DNA of 64,000 nucleotides, taken from NCBI GenBank assembly GCA_965248755.1, contig OZ252149.1, forward strand, positions 1,536,001 through 1,600,000, given 5' to 3'. The first letter of the stretch is position 1. Every line of letters starts with the position of its first letter. Source of the stretch: Candidatus Latescibacterota bacterium. GTDB lineage: Bacteria; Latescibacterota; CBDEFO01. A model generated the notes under the pieces. It was not told the DNA's origin. It saw only the letters and a program-made list of their open reading frames with translations, and ran no database searches. The translations under genes were made by a program, and so were the position numbers. This document shows positions 32,270 to 44,058 of the stretch, piece by piece.

Positions 32270-33523
32270 TCACAGCGACATCAGGAAAGCGATGAGGGCC
32301 TTTCGGTCGGTATCCGAAAGTGCCATAAACCCGTTTCGTGCCGCCTCGGCCTCTCCCCCGTGCAATTCGATTGCCTCGCCCAGATCCGTAGTCCATCCGT
32401 CGTGCAGATAGAACGCCGTCCCACCAAGAGGATCGCCGGCCAGCCGCAGTCCAAAGAGCGGCGGGGTGCGCCATTCATACCCATGGGCGCTCCCGTCCGG
32501 GCGGTTGTCGGCTAACTCTGGCCCCATGTCATGCAGCAGAAGGTCGGAATAGAGATGTGCCTCCACCTGGTTTAACTGAGGGATCGGGCTTGGCCCCGTT
32601 TTCAACATTGGCACGTGGCAAGATACACAATTCATCTCCATGAACAGTTTTTCACCACTACGAACCACAGCGGTGATCTCACCCCGATTGGGCGGTGTCA
32701 GTAGCCTTAGATACATCACCACATCTAACACCGCAGAGGCTGAAATCTCCGGATCGGGAGCCACGTCACCAACCACATCGCCCAATTGGGCATGGACGGT
32801 CTCCTCCGGCATAAAGTCGCTGGTTATGCCCATATCCTGAAGATGGGCCACCACATCCAGCTCAAGCAGAGAGGAGAAGTTCGCCTTGCGACCAAACCTG
32901 CCTACGGCGAGTCCCGGACCTGCTCCCACCATATACGACGGCACAAAGTCTGCGGCCTCCACCCAATTTATACGCCCTGAGATCCCATCCCCATCTGCAT
33001 CGTCAGGGTCTTCAAGCGCCAGAAGGGTCTCCTCAGGAATTCCCTCGATCAACCCCACCCCAAAGACCGGCGGTGGCATCCTGACTGATATGTCCACACC
33101 AGGCGGCAGTGTCTCCGGTGGCACTCCCGGGATGCTATGATTCTGGAGCTGATCTCCTCCTAACTCCGGGACCAGATCCGCTCCACGGCTGAAACGAGTC
33201 AGGGCTAATGAGGGCGTTCCCCGGCCATCCCCGGGATGACAGCTTTCACAGCTCGGCTGGTTGAAAATAGGCCCCAACCCCTCCGCGACGGTAAAGACAC
33301 GCGCGAACTGCTCATCACCCCTGGCGAACATAGCGTTTAACTCTGGCGAAAGCCCCTCGAACGCACCGTCCAGGCTCTCTCCTGCTGGCACTGAATCTGT
33401 CAGCAGTGTGTCGCAGCCGACTACGGATAGTAGCCACGTCAGCGCCGCCGCGGACATCAGCACGCGACGGACAAATGAAGGTCTTCTCTCTGCCGGAACT
33501 TTCCAACATTCTTGCATTCTCAT
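32270..33523 (-). CDS. Di-heme oxidoreductase family lipoprotein (DHOR-like)
   Basis: GLGPIFNQPSCESCH, CVSCH, YSDLLLHDMG, WRTPPLFG, YLHDG. Confidence 0.88.
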   Translation of the reverse strand: MRMQECWKVPAERRPSFVRRVLMSAAALTWLLSVVGCDTLLTDSVPAGESLDGAFEGLSPELNAMFARGDEQFARVFTVAEGLGPIFNQPSCESCHPGDGRGTPSLALTRFSRGADLVPELGGDQLQNHSIPGVPPETLPPGVDISVRMPPPVFGVGLIEGIPEETLLALEDPDDADGDGISGRINWVEAADFVPSYMVGAGPGLAVGRFGRKANFSSLLELDVVAHLQDMGITSDFMPEETVHAQLGDVVGDVAPDPEISASAVLDVVMYLRLLTPPNRGEITAVVRSGEKLFMEMNCVSCHVPMLKTGPSPIPQLNQVEAHLYSDLLLHDMGPELADNRPDGSAHGYEWRTPPLFGLRLAGDPLGGTAFYLHDGWTTDLGEAIELHGGEAEAARNGFMALSDTDRKALIAFLMSL

Positions 33524-33564
33524 AGATTAACTCCTTTGTGATCAAATGTGAAAATCTAGAGCTT

Positions 33565-34113
33565 TTATCTCAATTGCAAGCTCATCTCAACACCTGTTCC
33601 TATTGGAACTAAAACGCTTTGGTATCTATCCCGCACATATTCAAGATAATCATGCATCCTGTCTTTGAACATTTCAGCATTGTCGGCAACTATTAGAGCG
33701 TCTTTTGTGAGTTTTGATTCCATCAGCTTAAAGTAGCTAATGTAGTCGCTTTTAACTGCATCAAGGAAGAGGAAATCAAACTTTTCCATTAGTTTAGGTA
33801 TCTCTTCTAACGCATCACCCTGAATCAGTTTTATGTTGCTTAATCCAACTTTTTTGAAGTTGTCTGCTGCCATTTTCGCCTTCGATTCGGAGATTTCGAT
33901 AGTTGTTACCTTCCCGCCATAAGATTTGGCCGCTTCTGCCAGCAATAAAGTCGAATAACCGTTGGAGGTTCCTACTTCCAGAATGTTATTTGGTCTTAAC
34001 GCCGAAACCAGTATGAAAAAGAACTTACCGGTCTCTGGGGGGATGTTGAAATAACCCTCATTGTTTCTTCCAAATATTTCCAATTCTTCAATTAAATGCT
34101 CTGTTGCTTTCAT
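33565..34113 (-). CDS. Class I SAM O-methyltransferase; current ATG supplied by the IS terminus
   Basis: ILEVGTSNGYS, FDFLFLDAVK, IVADN. The original ATG GAT AAA G is stranded at 46582-46573. Confidence 0.85.
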   Translation of the reverse strand: MKATEHLIEELEIFGRNNEGYFNIPPETGKFFFILVSALRPNNILEVGTSNGYSTLLLAEAAKSYGGKVTTIEISESKAKMAADNFKKVGLSNIKLIQGDALEEIPKLMEKFDFLFLDAVKSDYISYFKLMESKLTKDALIVADNAEMFKDRMHDYLEYVRDRYQSVLVPIGTGVEMSLQLR

Positions 34114-35376
34114 ACCGCTCCCCTTGACAGAGCGACAAATATTTCGCAAATTGGGGTTTGAGAAGGGAGGTCAAGGTGTCGAGCCCCGAAGTGAAAGATG
34201 GTAAGCGCTGGACGGCGACCCGTAAGGGAGAGATTGTGTTGGCTCTTTTGAGAGGAGCAGATCTATCTGAGGTGTGTCGTAAGAATGGAATTAGCCAGTC
34301 GCAGGCGTATGCTTGGCGTGATAGTTTCTTAGAAGGGGGCCAGGAGAGTCTGAAGTCTCGGCGTGGTCGCAAGGATCCGAAGGAGCGAGAGGTTAGCCGG
34401 TTGGAGCGCAAGGTAGGGCAGTTGACGCTCCAGTTGGAGATACTCGAAGAGGTAGCCCGTCTAAAAAAAACGAAGCGGTTGCCTTGAGTGGGCGGTTTTT
34501 GGGTCGAGGCTATTCCCGCAAGGTGGTAGCTTTGGCTTTGGGTTTGCATCGTTCGACTCTGTATAGGTTTAGGGATAGAGGTGTCAGTTCTTCTGTTAAA
34601 GAGCCTGTGATAGATGAGGAGCTTGCTTTTCGTATTCGAGGGATACTGGACCAAGAAGAGGCATTTGGTCACAGGCGGGTTTGGGCGCATCTTCGTTTCA
34701 AGGAAGGGGAATGTGTCAACGTTAAGAAGGTTCATAGGATAATGAAGCTTAAGGGGTGGCAGTGTAAGCTGTGGAATCGTCCCGGGAGAAAGGGGCCACA
34801 GGTTGCCCAGAAGCGTTCTGTGGTGGATAGTCCCGACAGTTTGTGGTCGAGTGACTTGACAAAGATTTACTGTGGAAAAGATGGTTGGTGTCCTCTTATT
34901 GCGGTGGTGGACAACGGAAGCCGGGAGGTTCCTGGGTATCGTTTTAGTCGAAAAGGGAGGGCACTGGAGGCCACAGATGCCCTGGATCGGGCCGTGATCT
35001 CTCGATACACTTCCAAGGAGGCTGTCCCCCAGGGTCTCACTTTGCGCTCTGACAATGGTTCCATCTTTTTGGCTCGGGCCTATTTGGCCAGTACCGAATA
35101 TTGGGGAATTCGTCAGGAATACATACCAAGTGGTAAACCCGATTGGAACGGTGTTGTAGAGCGTTTTTTCAGGACCCTCAAGCAAGAGTGTGTTTGGCTT
35201 CACAAGTTTGAATCCTTTGAACAGGCTGAGAAGATCATATCTCAGTGGATCGATAATTACAACAAGAACAGGCTTCATTCATCCCTGGGATATAAGACCC
35301 CAAAAGAGTGGAGAAAACAATTTTATCTACTACCCCAGGTTGCTTAATTGGTGTCGCTTTCCTGGGAAGCAGTACA
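34111..35376 (+). mobile_element. IS3-family element, copy 2
   Basis: Same ends and ORF translations as copy 1. Confidence 0.97.
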
Positions 35377-36026
35377 ATATTTCTTGGGCAGAAAGAATTC
35401 TTTTACCGCCCGGTGAGCACTTCGATAAAGAACAAAAGGTAGTAATAAAATGTTTTGAAACCAAAGATATTCTTGCCTGCCCGGGTAGTGGTAAAACAAA
35501 GGCTTTGATTGCCAAGTTGTTGATTTTGTCCCGGCAAATGCCTCTTGAAAATAATAGGGGTATTTGCGTATTAACTCACACAAATGTGGCTATAAATGAA
35601 ATAAAAAGCCACGCTTACTTTGCTTCTAAAAAGCTCTCTAATTACCCAAATCATTTTGGGACAATTCAAAGTTTCGTGGATAAATATCTTGCGATACCGA
35701 CGTATATCAATCAGTTCAACCGAAGACCATTATTCATAAACAACGAAATTTATCTTGATAGGATGGAAAGAACGAGAAAATATTTAGGTAGAAAAACAAA
35801 TGCATTTTGCTATCAGAGCGGTCATAAAGATTTGCCTTATTCACTTAGATTTGAAGATTTTTCCCTGGATGATAATGGTATATGTAAAAGACTTAAATTA
35901 GATTCAAATGATACAACTCAAAGAGCACACTATGATAGATTGCTAAGACTAAAAGAACGGATACTTTTGGATGGAATACTAAGCTATGATGATGCATATT
36001 ATATAGCAGAAAGACACATTGAAAAG
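35377..36026 (+). pseudogene. UvrD/GajB-like helicase, N-terminal fragment
   Basis: ACPGSGKT Walker A, VLTHTN, GTIQSF; truncated at both ends by element termini. Confidence 0.85.
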
Positions 36027-36446
36027 TGTACTGCCCCCCTGGAAAGCGACACCGATTAAGCAACTTGGGGTAGCAGATATTATTGTTTTCTCCATTCTTG
36101 CAGGGTCTTGTATCCCAGGGATGAATGAAGACGGTTCTTGTCGTAATTATCGATCCACTGAGATATGATCTTCTCAGCTTGCTCAAAGGATTCGAAGCTG
36201 TGAAGTCAAACACACTCTTGCTTGAGGGTCCTGAAAAAACGCTCTACAACACCGTTCCAATCGGCCTTTCCGCTCGGAACATATTCTTGACAAACCCCTA
36301 ATATTCGGTACTTACCAAATAGGATCTAGAAAGAAAGATCGAACCGTTGTCCAGCGCTAGCCGTCTTCTGCTCTGGCGCTGACATCTTGCCCTTCGCGAA
36401 CCCTGATTTACAGAATATCTGTCGTTCTGTGAAGGGGAACGGTATG
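36027..36446 (-). mobile_element. 420 bp MITE-like IS3 deletion derivative, copy 1
   Basis: Ends CATACCGTTCCCC and GGGGCAGTACA; retains the 3' end of a diverged orfB. Confidence 0.9.
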
Positions 36447-36508
36447 ATATGGCAACCACCCATCTTCGATTATCGCACCTATCTTCGATTATAAATAGCC
36501 TTCTTGTT

Positions 36509-37873
36509 TCAGTTATTACTACCTGCTAACAATTCCTTATTAACATCCCAACCACTTCTCTGCAGTGCTTCTTCTTGTCCGGTAATACTATCCTTATGAA
36601 CCGCAATGCAAAGGAGACGAGATGGACGTGACATCCCTACAAAAGCCATTTTTAGATTTTGAATTACTCTTTCTTTTGGCTTAGTATGCTCTCCCTTTAT
36701 ATAATTTATTATTCGCTTAATGTCATAGTCATAAAAGAAAGTTTCAAGGTAACATGTTGCCGTATGGGTTTCGCCTTTGACACCATGAATAGTTGAAACT
36801 TCTATGTCGATATCAGTTGTTCCAGAAGAATATTTGTAGATGTTATTGCTCGAATGGGTTTCTTCATCATCCGCTTCCAAATCTGATGAATTTATAAAGA
36901 TTGTAAGTTCAACATTCACCTGATAATTAAAAAACTCCTTAAATTCATTGGTTAGATAATGTTTTATTTCTTCAAAAACTTCTTCTTGCCTGTGTATCTT
37001 CAAACACCAATTGGCGAGCCTTACCCTAAAATCCTGGTAAAAATCCGAGTTTTTTTCTGATATATATTTATGCAGTTTTTTCTCTGTGAATGCCCTTCCA
37101 TCGTCAGTTACTCCTGCAATTCTTAAGCACTTTAAGAAAGCTTCCCCTAACCTCTTCTTGTAAAAATTAACTCCATTAGATGAAATAAAACTATCAGATT
37201 GTGGAGCTAAATAACTTTTTAGATTACTAAATTCAGTTTTTTTAACTTTTATTTCTTTGGAGTAGCCGTCCCAATAACTTGGTATAGTTCTTTTTGTGTC
37301 ATGCGGTTTTCCACGCCATCCAACTGCTTTAAATACCCTTTTCTCATTCTGATGTAGATTATTTCTGATAATTATTTCACCGAATTTATCTAATACCTGC
37401 TGAATAGTATAATCATCATAAACAATGATAACAGGAGTAATTTCATTTTGCCTGCCATTTCCCGTTATTGTCTGCCGGAAAACACAAAGTTTTTCAACCT
37501 TGCTTGCTATAGCGTTAGAAAATCTTTTACTACCTGTAATACACATAGTTCTGTCGTCAATTACTGCCCAACCGCATTCCAAGTTAGGGTCATAGTCAAA
37601 TATTGATTGATTTAAATCACCTATTTTTTGAATAACAACATTATCATTGAATATTTTATTCATCAGTTCGGACTGTATTGTACTTGAATCCTGCATTTCA
37701 TCTATGAAAACATAGGCAAATCTTTTTGCAAATACGTTTTTCAAATTAGGGTGCTTTTCAATGTGTCTTTCTGCTATATAATATGCATCATCATAGCTTA
37801 GTATTCCATCCAAAAGTATCCGTTCTTTTAGTCTTAGCAATCTATCATAGTGTGCTCTTTGAGTTGTATCATT
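36509..37873 (-). pseudogene. UvrD-like helicase, C-terminal ~450 aa, inverted
   Basis: FIDEMQD, IGDLNQSI, STIHGVKGET, FVGMSRP motifs; fused to a MITE-derived ATG at 37942. Confidence 0.85.
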
Positions 37874-38293
37874 TGTACTGCCCCCCTGGAAAGCGACACC
37901 GATTAAGCAACTTGGGGTAGCAGATATTATTGTTTTCTCCATTCTTGCAGGGTCTTGTATCCCAGGGATGAATGAAGACGGTTCTTGTCGTAATTATCGA
38001 TCCACTGAGATATGATCTTCTCAGCTTGCTCAAAGGATTCGAAGCTGTGAAGTCAAACACACTCTTGCTTGAGGGTCCTGAAAAAACGCTCTACAACACC
38101 GTTCCAATCGGCCTTTCCGCTCGGAACATATTCTTGACAAACCCCTAATATTCGGTACTTACCAAATAGGATCTAGAAAGAAAGATCGAACCGTTGTCCA
38201 GCGCTAGCCGTCTTCTGCTCTGGCGCTGACATCTTGCCCTTCGCGAACCCCGATTTACAGAATATCTGTCGTTCTGTGAAGGGGAACGGTATG
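37874..38293 (-). mobile_element. MITE copy 2
   Basis: As MITE copy 1, with one SNP. Confidence 0.9.
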
Positions 38294-38355
38294 ATATGGC
38301 AACCACCCATCTTCGATTATCGCACCTATCTTCGATTATAAATAGCCTTCTTGTT

Positions 38356-38738
38356 TCAGTTATTACTACCTGCTAACAATTCCTTATTAACATCCCAACC
38401 ACTTCTCTGCAGTGCTTCTTCTTGTCCGGTAATACTATCCTTATGAACCGCAATGCAAAGGAGACGAGATGGACGTGACATCCCTACAAAAGCCATTTTT
38501 AGATTTTGAATTACTCTTTCTTTTGGCTTAGTATGCTCTCCCTTTATATAATTTATTATTCGCTTAATGTCATAGTCATAAAAGAAAGTTTCAAGGTAAC
38601 ATGTTGCCGTATGGGTTTCGCCTTTGACACCATGAATAGTTGAAACTTCTATGTCGATATCAGTTGTTCCAGAAGAATATTTGTAGATGTTATTGCTCGA
38701 ATGGGTTTCTTCATCATCCGCTTCCAAATCTGATGAAT
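38356..38738 (-). pseudogene. Helicase 3' fragment, inverted
   Basis: Matches the 3' end of the helicase. Confidence 0.85.
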
Positions 38739-40004
38739 TGTACTGCTTCCCAGGAAAGCGACACCAATTAAGCAACCTGGGGTAGTAGATAAAATTGTTT
38801 TCTCCACTCTTTTGGGGTCTTATATCCCAGGGATGAATGAAGCCTGTTCTTGTTGTAATTATCGATCCACTGAGATATGATCTTCTCAGCCTGTTCAAAG
38901 GATTCAAACTTGTGAAGCCAAACACACTCTTGCTTGAGGGTCCTGAAAAAACGCTCTACAACACCGTTCCAATCGGGTTTACCACTTGGTATGTATTCCT
39001 GACGAATTCCCCAATATTCGGTACTGGCCAAATAGGCCCGAGCCAAAAAGATGGAACCATTGTCAGAGCGCAAAGTGAGACCCTGGGGGACAGCCTCCTT
39101 GGAAGTGTATCGAGAGATCACGGCCCGATCCAGGGCATCTGTGGCCTCCAGTGCCCTCCCTTTTCGACTAAAACGATACCCAGGAACCTCCCGGCTTCCG
39201 TTGTCCACCACCGCAATAAGAGGACACCAACCATCTTTTCCACAGTAAATCTTTGTCAAGTCACTCGACCACAAACTGTCGGGACTATCCACCACAGAAC
39301 GCTTCTGGGCAACCTGTGGCCCCTTTCTCCCGGGACGATTCCACAGCTTACACTGCCACCCCTTAAGCTTCATTATCCTATGAACCTTCTTAACGTTGAC
39401 ACATTCCCCTTCCTTGAAACGAAGATGCGCCCAAACCCGCCTGTGACCAAATGCCTCTTCTTGGTCCAGTATCCCTCGAATACGAAAAGCAAGCTCCTCA
39501 TCTATCACAGGCTCTTTAACAGAAGAACTGACACCTCTATCCCTAAACCTATACAGAGTCGAACGATGCAAACCCAAAGCCAAAGCTACCACCTTGCGGG
39601 AATAGCCTCGACCCAAAAACCGCCCACTCAAGGCAACCGCTTCGTTTTTTTTAGACGGGCTACCTCTTCGAGTATCTCCAACTGGAGCGTCAACTGCCCT
39701 ACCTTGCGCTCCAACCGGCTAACCTCTCGCTCCTTCGGATCCTTGCGACCACGCCGAGACTTCAGACTCTCCTGGCCCCCTTCTAAGAAACTATCACGCC
39801 AAGCATACGCCTGCGACTGGCTAATTCCATTCTTACGACACACCTCAGATAGATCTGCTCCTCTCAAAAGAGCCAACACAATCTCTCCCTTACGGGTCGC
39901 CGTCCAGCGCTTACCATCTTTCACTTCGGGGCTCGACACCTTGACCTCCCTTCTCAAACCCCAATTTGCGAAATATTTGTCGCTCTGTCAAGGGGAGCGG
40001 TATG
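38739..40004 (-). mobile_element. IS3-family element, copy 3 (no target duplication)
   Basis: Same element; the flanks are different helicase positions in opposite orientations. Confidence 0.95.
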
Positions 40005-40245
40005 CCTTGAAACTTTCTTTTATGACTATGACATTAAGCGAATAATAAATTATATAAAGGGAGAGCATACTAAGCCAAAAGAAAGAGTAATTCAAAATCT
40101 AAAAATGGCTTTTGTAGGGATGTCACGTCCATCTCGTCTCCTTTGCATTGCGGTTCATAAGGATAGTATTACCGGACAAGAAGAAGCACTGCAGAGAAGT
40201 GGTTGGGATGTTAATAAGGAATTGTTAGCAGGTAGTAATAACTGA
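40005..40245 (+). pseudogene. Helicase 3' fragment
   Basis: LETFFYDY...AGSNN stop. Confidence 0.85.
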
Positions 40246-40307
40246 AACAAGAAGGCTATTTATAATCGAAGATAGGTGCGATAATCGAAGATGGGTGGTT
40301 GCCATAT

Positions 40308-40727
40308 CATACCGTTCCCCTTCACAGAACGACAGATATTCTGTAAATCGGGGTTCGCGAAGGGCAAGATGTCAGCGCCAGAGCAGAAGACGGCTAGCGC
40401 TGGACAACGGTTCGATCTTTCTTTCTAGATCCTATTTGGTAAGTACCGAATATTAGGGGTTTGTCAAGAATATGTTCCGAGCGGAAAGGCCGATTGGAAC
40501 GGTGTTGTAGAGCGTTTTTTCAGGACCCTCAAGCAAGAGTGTGTTTGACTTCACAGCTTCGAATCCTTTGAGCAAGCTGAGAAGATCATATCTCAGTGGA
40601 TCGATAATTACGACAAGAACCGTCTTCATTCATCCCTGGGATACAAGACCCTGCAAGAATGGAGAAAACAATAATATCTGCTACCCCAAGTTGCTTAATC
40701 GGTGTCGCTTTCCAGGGGGGCAGTACA
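40308..40727 (+). mobile_element. MITE copy 3
   Basis: Same 420 bp element. Confidence 0.9.
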
Positions 40728-43332
40728 AGATTGCTAAGACTAAAAGAACGGATACTTTTGGATGGAATACTAAGCTATGATGATGCATATTATATAGCAG
40801 AAAGACACATTGAAAAGCACCCTAATTTGAAAAACGTATTTGCAAAAAGATTTGCCTATGTTTTCATAGATGAAATGCAGGATTCAAGTACAATACAGTC
40901 CGAACTGATGAATAAAATATTCAATGATAATGTTGTTATTCAAAAAATAGGTGATTTAAATCAATCAATATTTGACTATGACCCTAACTTGGAATGCGGT
41001 TGGGCAGTAATTGACGACAGAACTATGTGTATTACAGGTAGTAAAAGATTTTCTAACGCTATAGCAAGCAAGGTTGAAAAACTTTGTGTTTTCCGGCAGA
41101 CAATAACGGGAAATGGCAGGCAAAATGAAATTACTCCTGTTATCATTGTTTATGATGATTATACTATTCAGCAGGTATTAGATAAATTCGGTGAAATAAT
41201 TATCAGAAATAATCTACATCAGAATGAGAAAAGGGTATTTAAAGCAGTTGGATGGCGTGGAAAACCGCATGACACAAAAAGAACTATACCAAGTTATTGG
41301 TGTACTGCTTCCCAGGAAAGCGACACCAATTAAGCAACCTGGGGTAGTAGATAAAATTGTTTTCTCCACTCTTTTGGGGTCTTATATCCCAGGGATGAAT
41401 GAAGCCTGTTCTTGTTGTAATTATCGATCCACTGAGATATGATCTTCTCAGCCTGTTCAAAGGATTCAAACTTGTGAAGCCAAACACACTCTTGCTTGAG
41501 GGTCCTGAAAAAACGCTCTACAACACCGTTCCAATCGGGTTTACCACTTGGTATGTATTCCTGACGAATTCCCCAATATTCGGTACTGGCCAAATAGGCC
41601 CGAGCCAAAAAGATGGAACCATTGTCAGAGCGCAAAGTGAGACCCTGGGGGACAGCCTCCTTGGAAGTGTATCGAGAGATCACGGCCCGATCCAGGGCAT
41701 CTGTGGCCTCCAGTGCCCTCCCTTTTCGACTAAAACGATACCCAGGAACCTCCCGGCTTCCGTTGTCCACCACCGCAATAAGAGGACACCAACCATCTTT
41801 TCCACAGTAAATCTTTGTCAAGTCACTCGACCACAAACTGTCGGGACTATCCACCACAGAACGCTTCTGGGCAACCTGTGGCCCCTTTCTCCCGGGACGA
41901 TTCCACAGCTTACACTGCCACCCCTTAAGCTTCATTATCCTATGAACCTTCTTAACGTTGACACATTCCCCTTCCTTGAAACGAAGATGCGCCCAAACCC
42001 GCCTGTGACCAAATGCCTCTTCTTGGTCCAGTATCCCTCGAATACGAAAAGCAAGCTCCTCATCTATCACAGGCTCTTTAACAGAAGAACTGACACCTCT
42101 ATCCCTAAACCTATACAGAGTCGAACGATGCAAACCCAAAGCCAAAGCTACCACCTTGCGGGAATAGCCTCGACCCAAAAACCGCCCACTCAAGGCAACC
42201 GCTTCGTTTTTTTTAGACGGGCTACCTCTTCGAGTATCTCCAACTGGAGCGTCAACTGCCCTACCTTGCGCTCCAACCGGCTAACCTCTCGCTCCTTCGG
42301 ATCCTTGCGACCACGCCGAGACTTCAGACTCTCCTGGCCCCCTTCTAAGAAACTATCACGCCAAGCATACGCCTGCGACTGGCTAATTCCATTCTTACGA
42401 CACACCTCAGATAGATCTGCTCCTCTCAAAAGAGCCAACACAATCTCTCCCTTACGGGTCGCCGTCCAGCGCTTACCATCTTTCACTTCGGGGCTCGACA
42501 CCTTGACCTCCCTTCTCAAACCCCAATTTGCGAAATATTTGTCGCTCTGTCAAGGGGAGCGGTATGTTGGGACGGCTACTCCAAAGAAATAAAAGTTAAA
42601 AAAACTGAATTTAGTAATCTAAAAAGTTATTTAGCTCCACAATCTGATAGTTTTATTTCATCTAATGGAGTTAATTTTTACAAGAAGAGGTTAGGGGAAG
42701 CTTTCTTAAAGTGCTTAAGAATTGCAGGAGTAACTGACGATGGAAGGGCATTCACAGAGAAAAAACTGCATAAATATATATCAGAAAAAAACTCGGATTT
42801 TTACCAGGATTTTAGGGTAAGGCTCGCCAATTGGTGTTTGAAGATACACAGGCAAGAAGAAGTTTTTGAAGAAATAAAACATTATCTAACCAATGAATTT
42901 AAGGAGTTTTTTAATTATCAGGTGAATGTTGAACTTACAATCTTTATAAATTCATCAGATTTGGAAGCGGATGATGAAGAAACCCATTCGAGCAATAACA
43001 TCTACAAATATTCTTCTGGAACAACTGATATCGACATAGAAGTTTCAACTATTCATGGTGTCAAAGGCGAAACCCATACGGCAACATGTTACCTTGAAAC
43101 TTTCTTTTATGACTATGACATTAAGCGAATAATAAATTATATAAAGGGAGAGCATACTAAGCCAAAAGAAAGAGTAATTCAAAATCTAAAAATGGCTTTT
43201 GTAGGGATGTCACGTCCATCTCGTCTCCTTTGCATTGCGGTTCATAAGGATAGTATTACCGGACAAGAAGAAGCACTGCAGAGAAGTGGTTGGGATGTTA
43301 ATAAGGAATTGTTAGCAGGTAGTAATAACTGA
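40728..43332 (+). pseudogene. Helicase fragment interrupted by IS copy 4
   Basis: RLLRLKE..PSYW | IS | WDGYSKE..AGSNN. Confidence 0.85.
41301..42566 (-). mobile_element. IS3-family element, copy 4 (TTGG target duplication)
   Basis: TTGG on both sides. Confidence 0.97.
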
Positions 43333-43394
43333 AACAAGAAGGCTATTTATAATCGAAGATAGGTGCGATAATCGAAGATGGGTGGTTGCCATAT

Positions 43395-43814
43395 CATACC
43401 GTTCCCCTTCACAGAACGACAGATATTCTGTAAATCGGGGTTCGCGAAGGGCAAGATGTCAGCGCCAGAGCAGAAGACGGCTAGCGCTGGACAACGGTTC
43501 GATCTTTCTTTCTAGATCCTATTTGGTAAGTACCGAATATTAGGGGTTTGTCAAGAATATGTTCCGAGCGGAAAGGCCGATTGGAACGGTGTTGTAGAGC
43601 GTTTTTTCAGGACCCTCAAGCAAGAGTGTGTTTGACTTCACAGCTTCGAATCCTTTGAGCAAGCTGAGAAGATCATATCTCAGTGGATCGATAATTACGA
43701 CAAGAACCGTCTTCATTCATCCCTGGGATACAAGACCCTGCAAGAATGGAGAAAACAATAATATCTGCTACCCCAAGTTGCTTAATCGGTGTCGCTTTCC
43801 AGGGGGGCAGTACA
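43395..43814 (+). mobile_element. MITE copy 4
   Basis: Same 420 bp element. Confidence 0.9.
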
Positions 43815-44058
43815 CGCTATAGCAAGCAAGGTTGAAAAACTTTGTGTTTTCCGGCAGACAATAACGGGAAATGGCAGGCAAAATGAAATTACTCCTGTTA
43901 TCATTGTTTATGATGATTATACTATTCAGCAGGTATTAGATAAATTCGGTGAAATAATTATCAGAAATAATCTACATCAGAATGAGAAAAGGGTATTTAA
44001 AGCAGTTGGATGGCGTGGAAAACCGCATGACACAAAAAGAACTATACCAAGTTATTGG

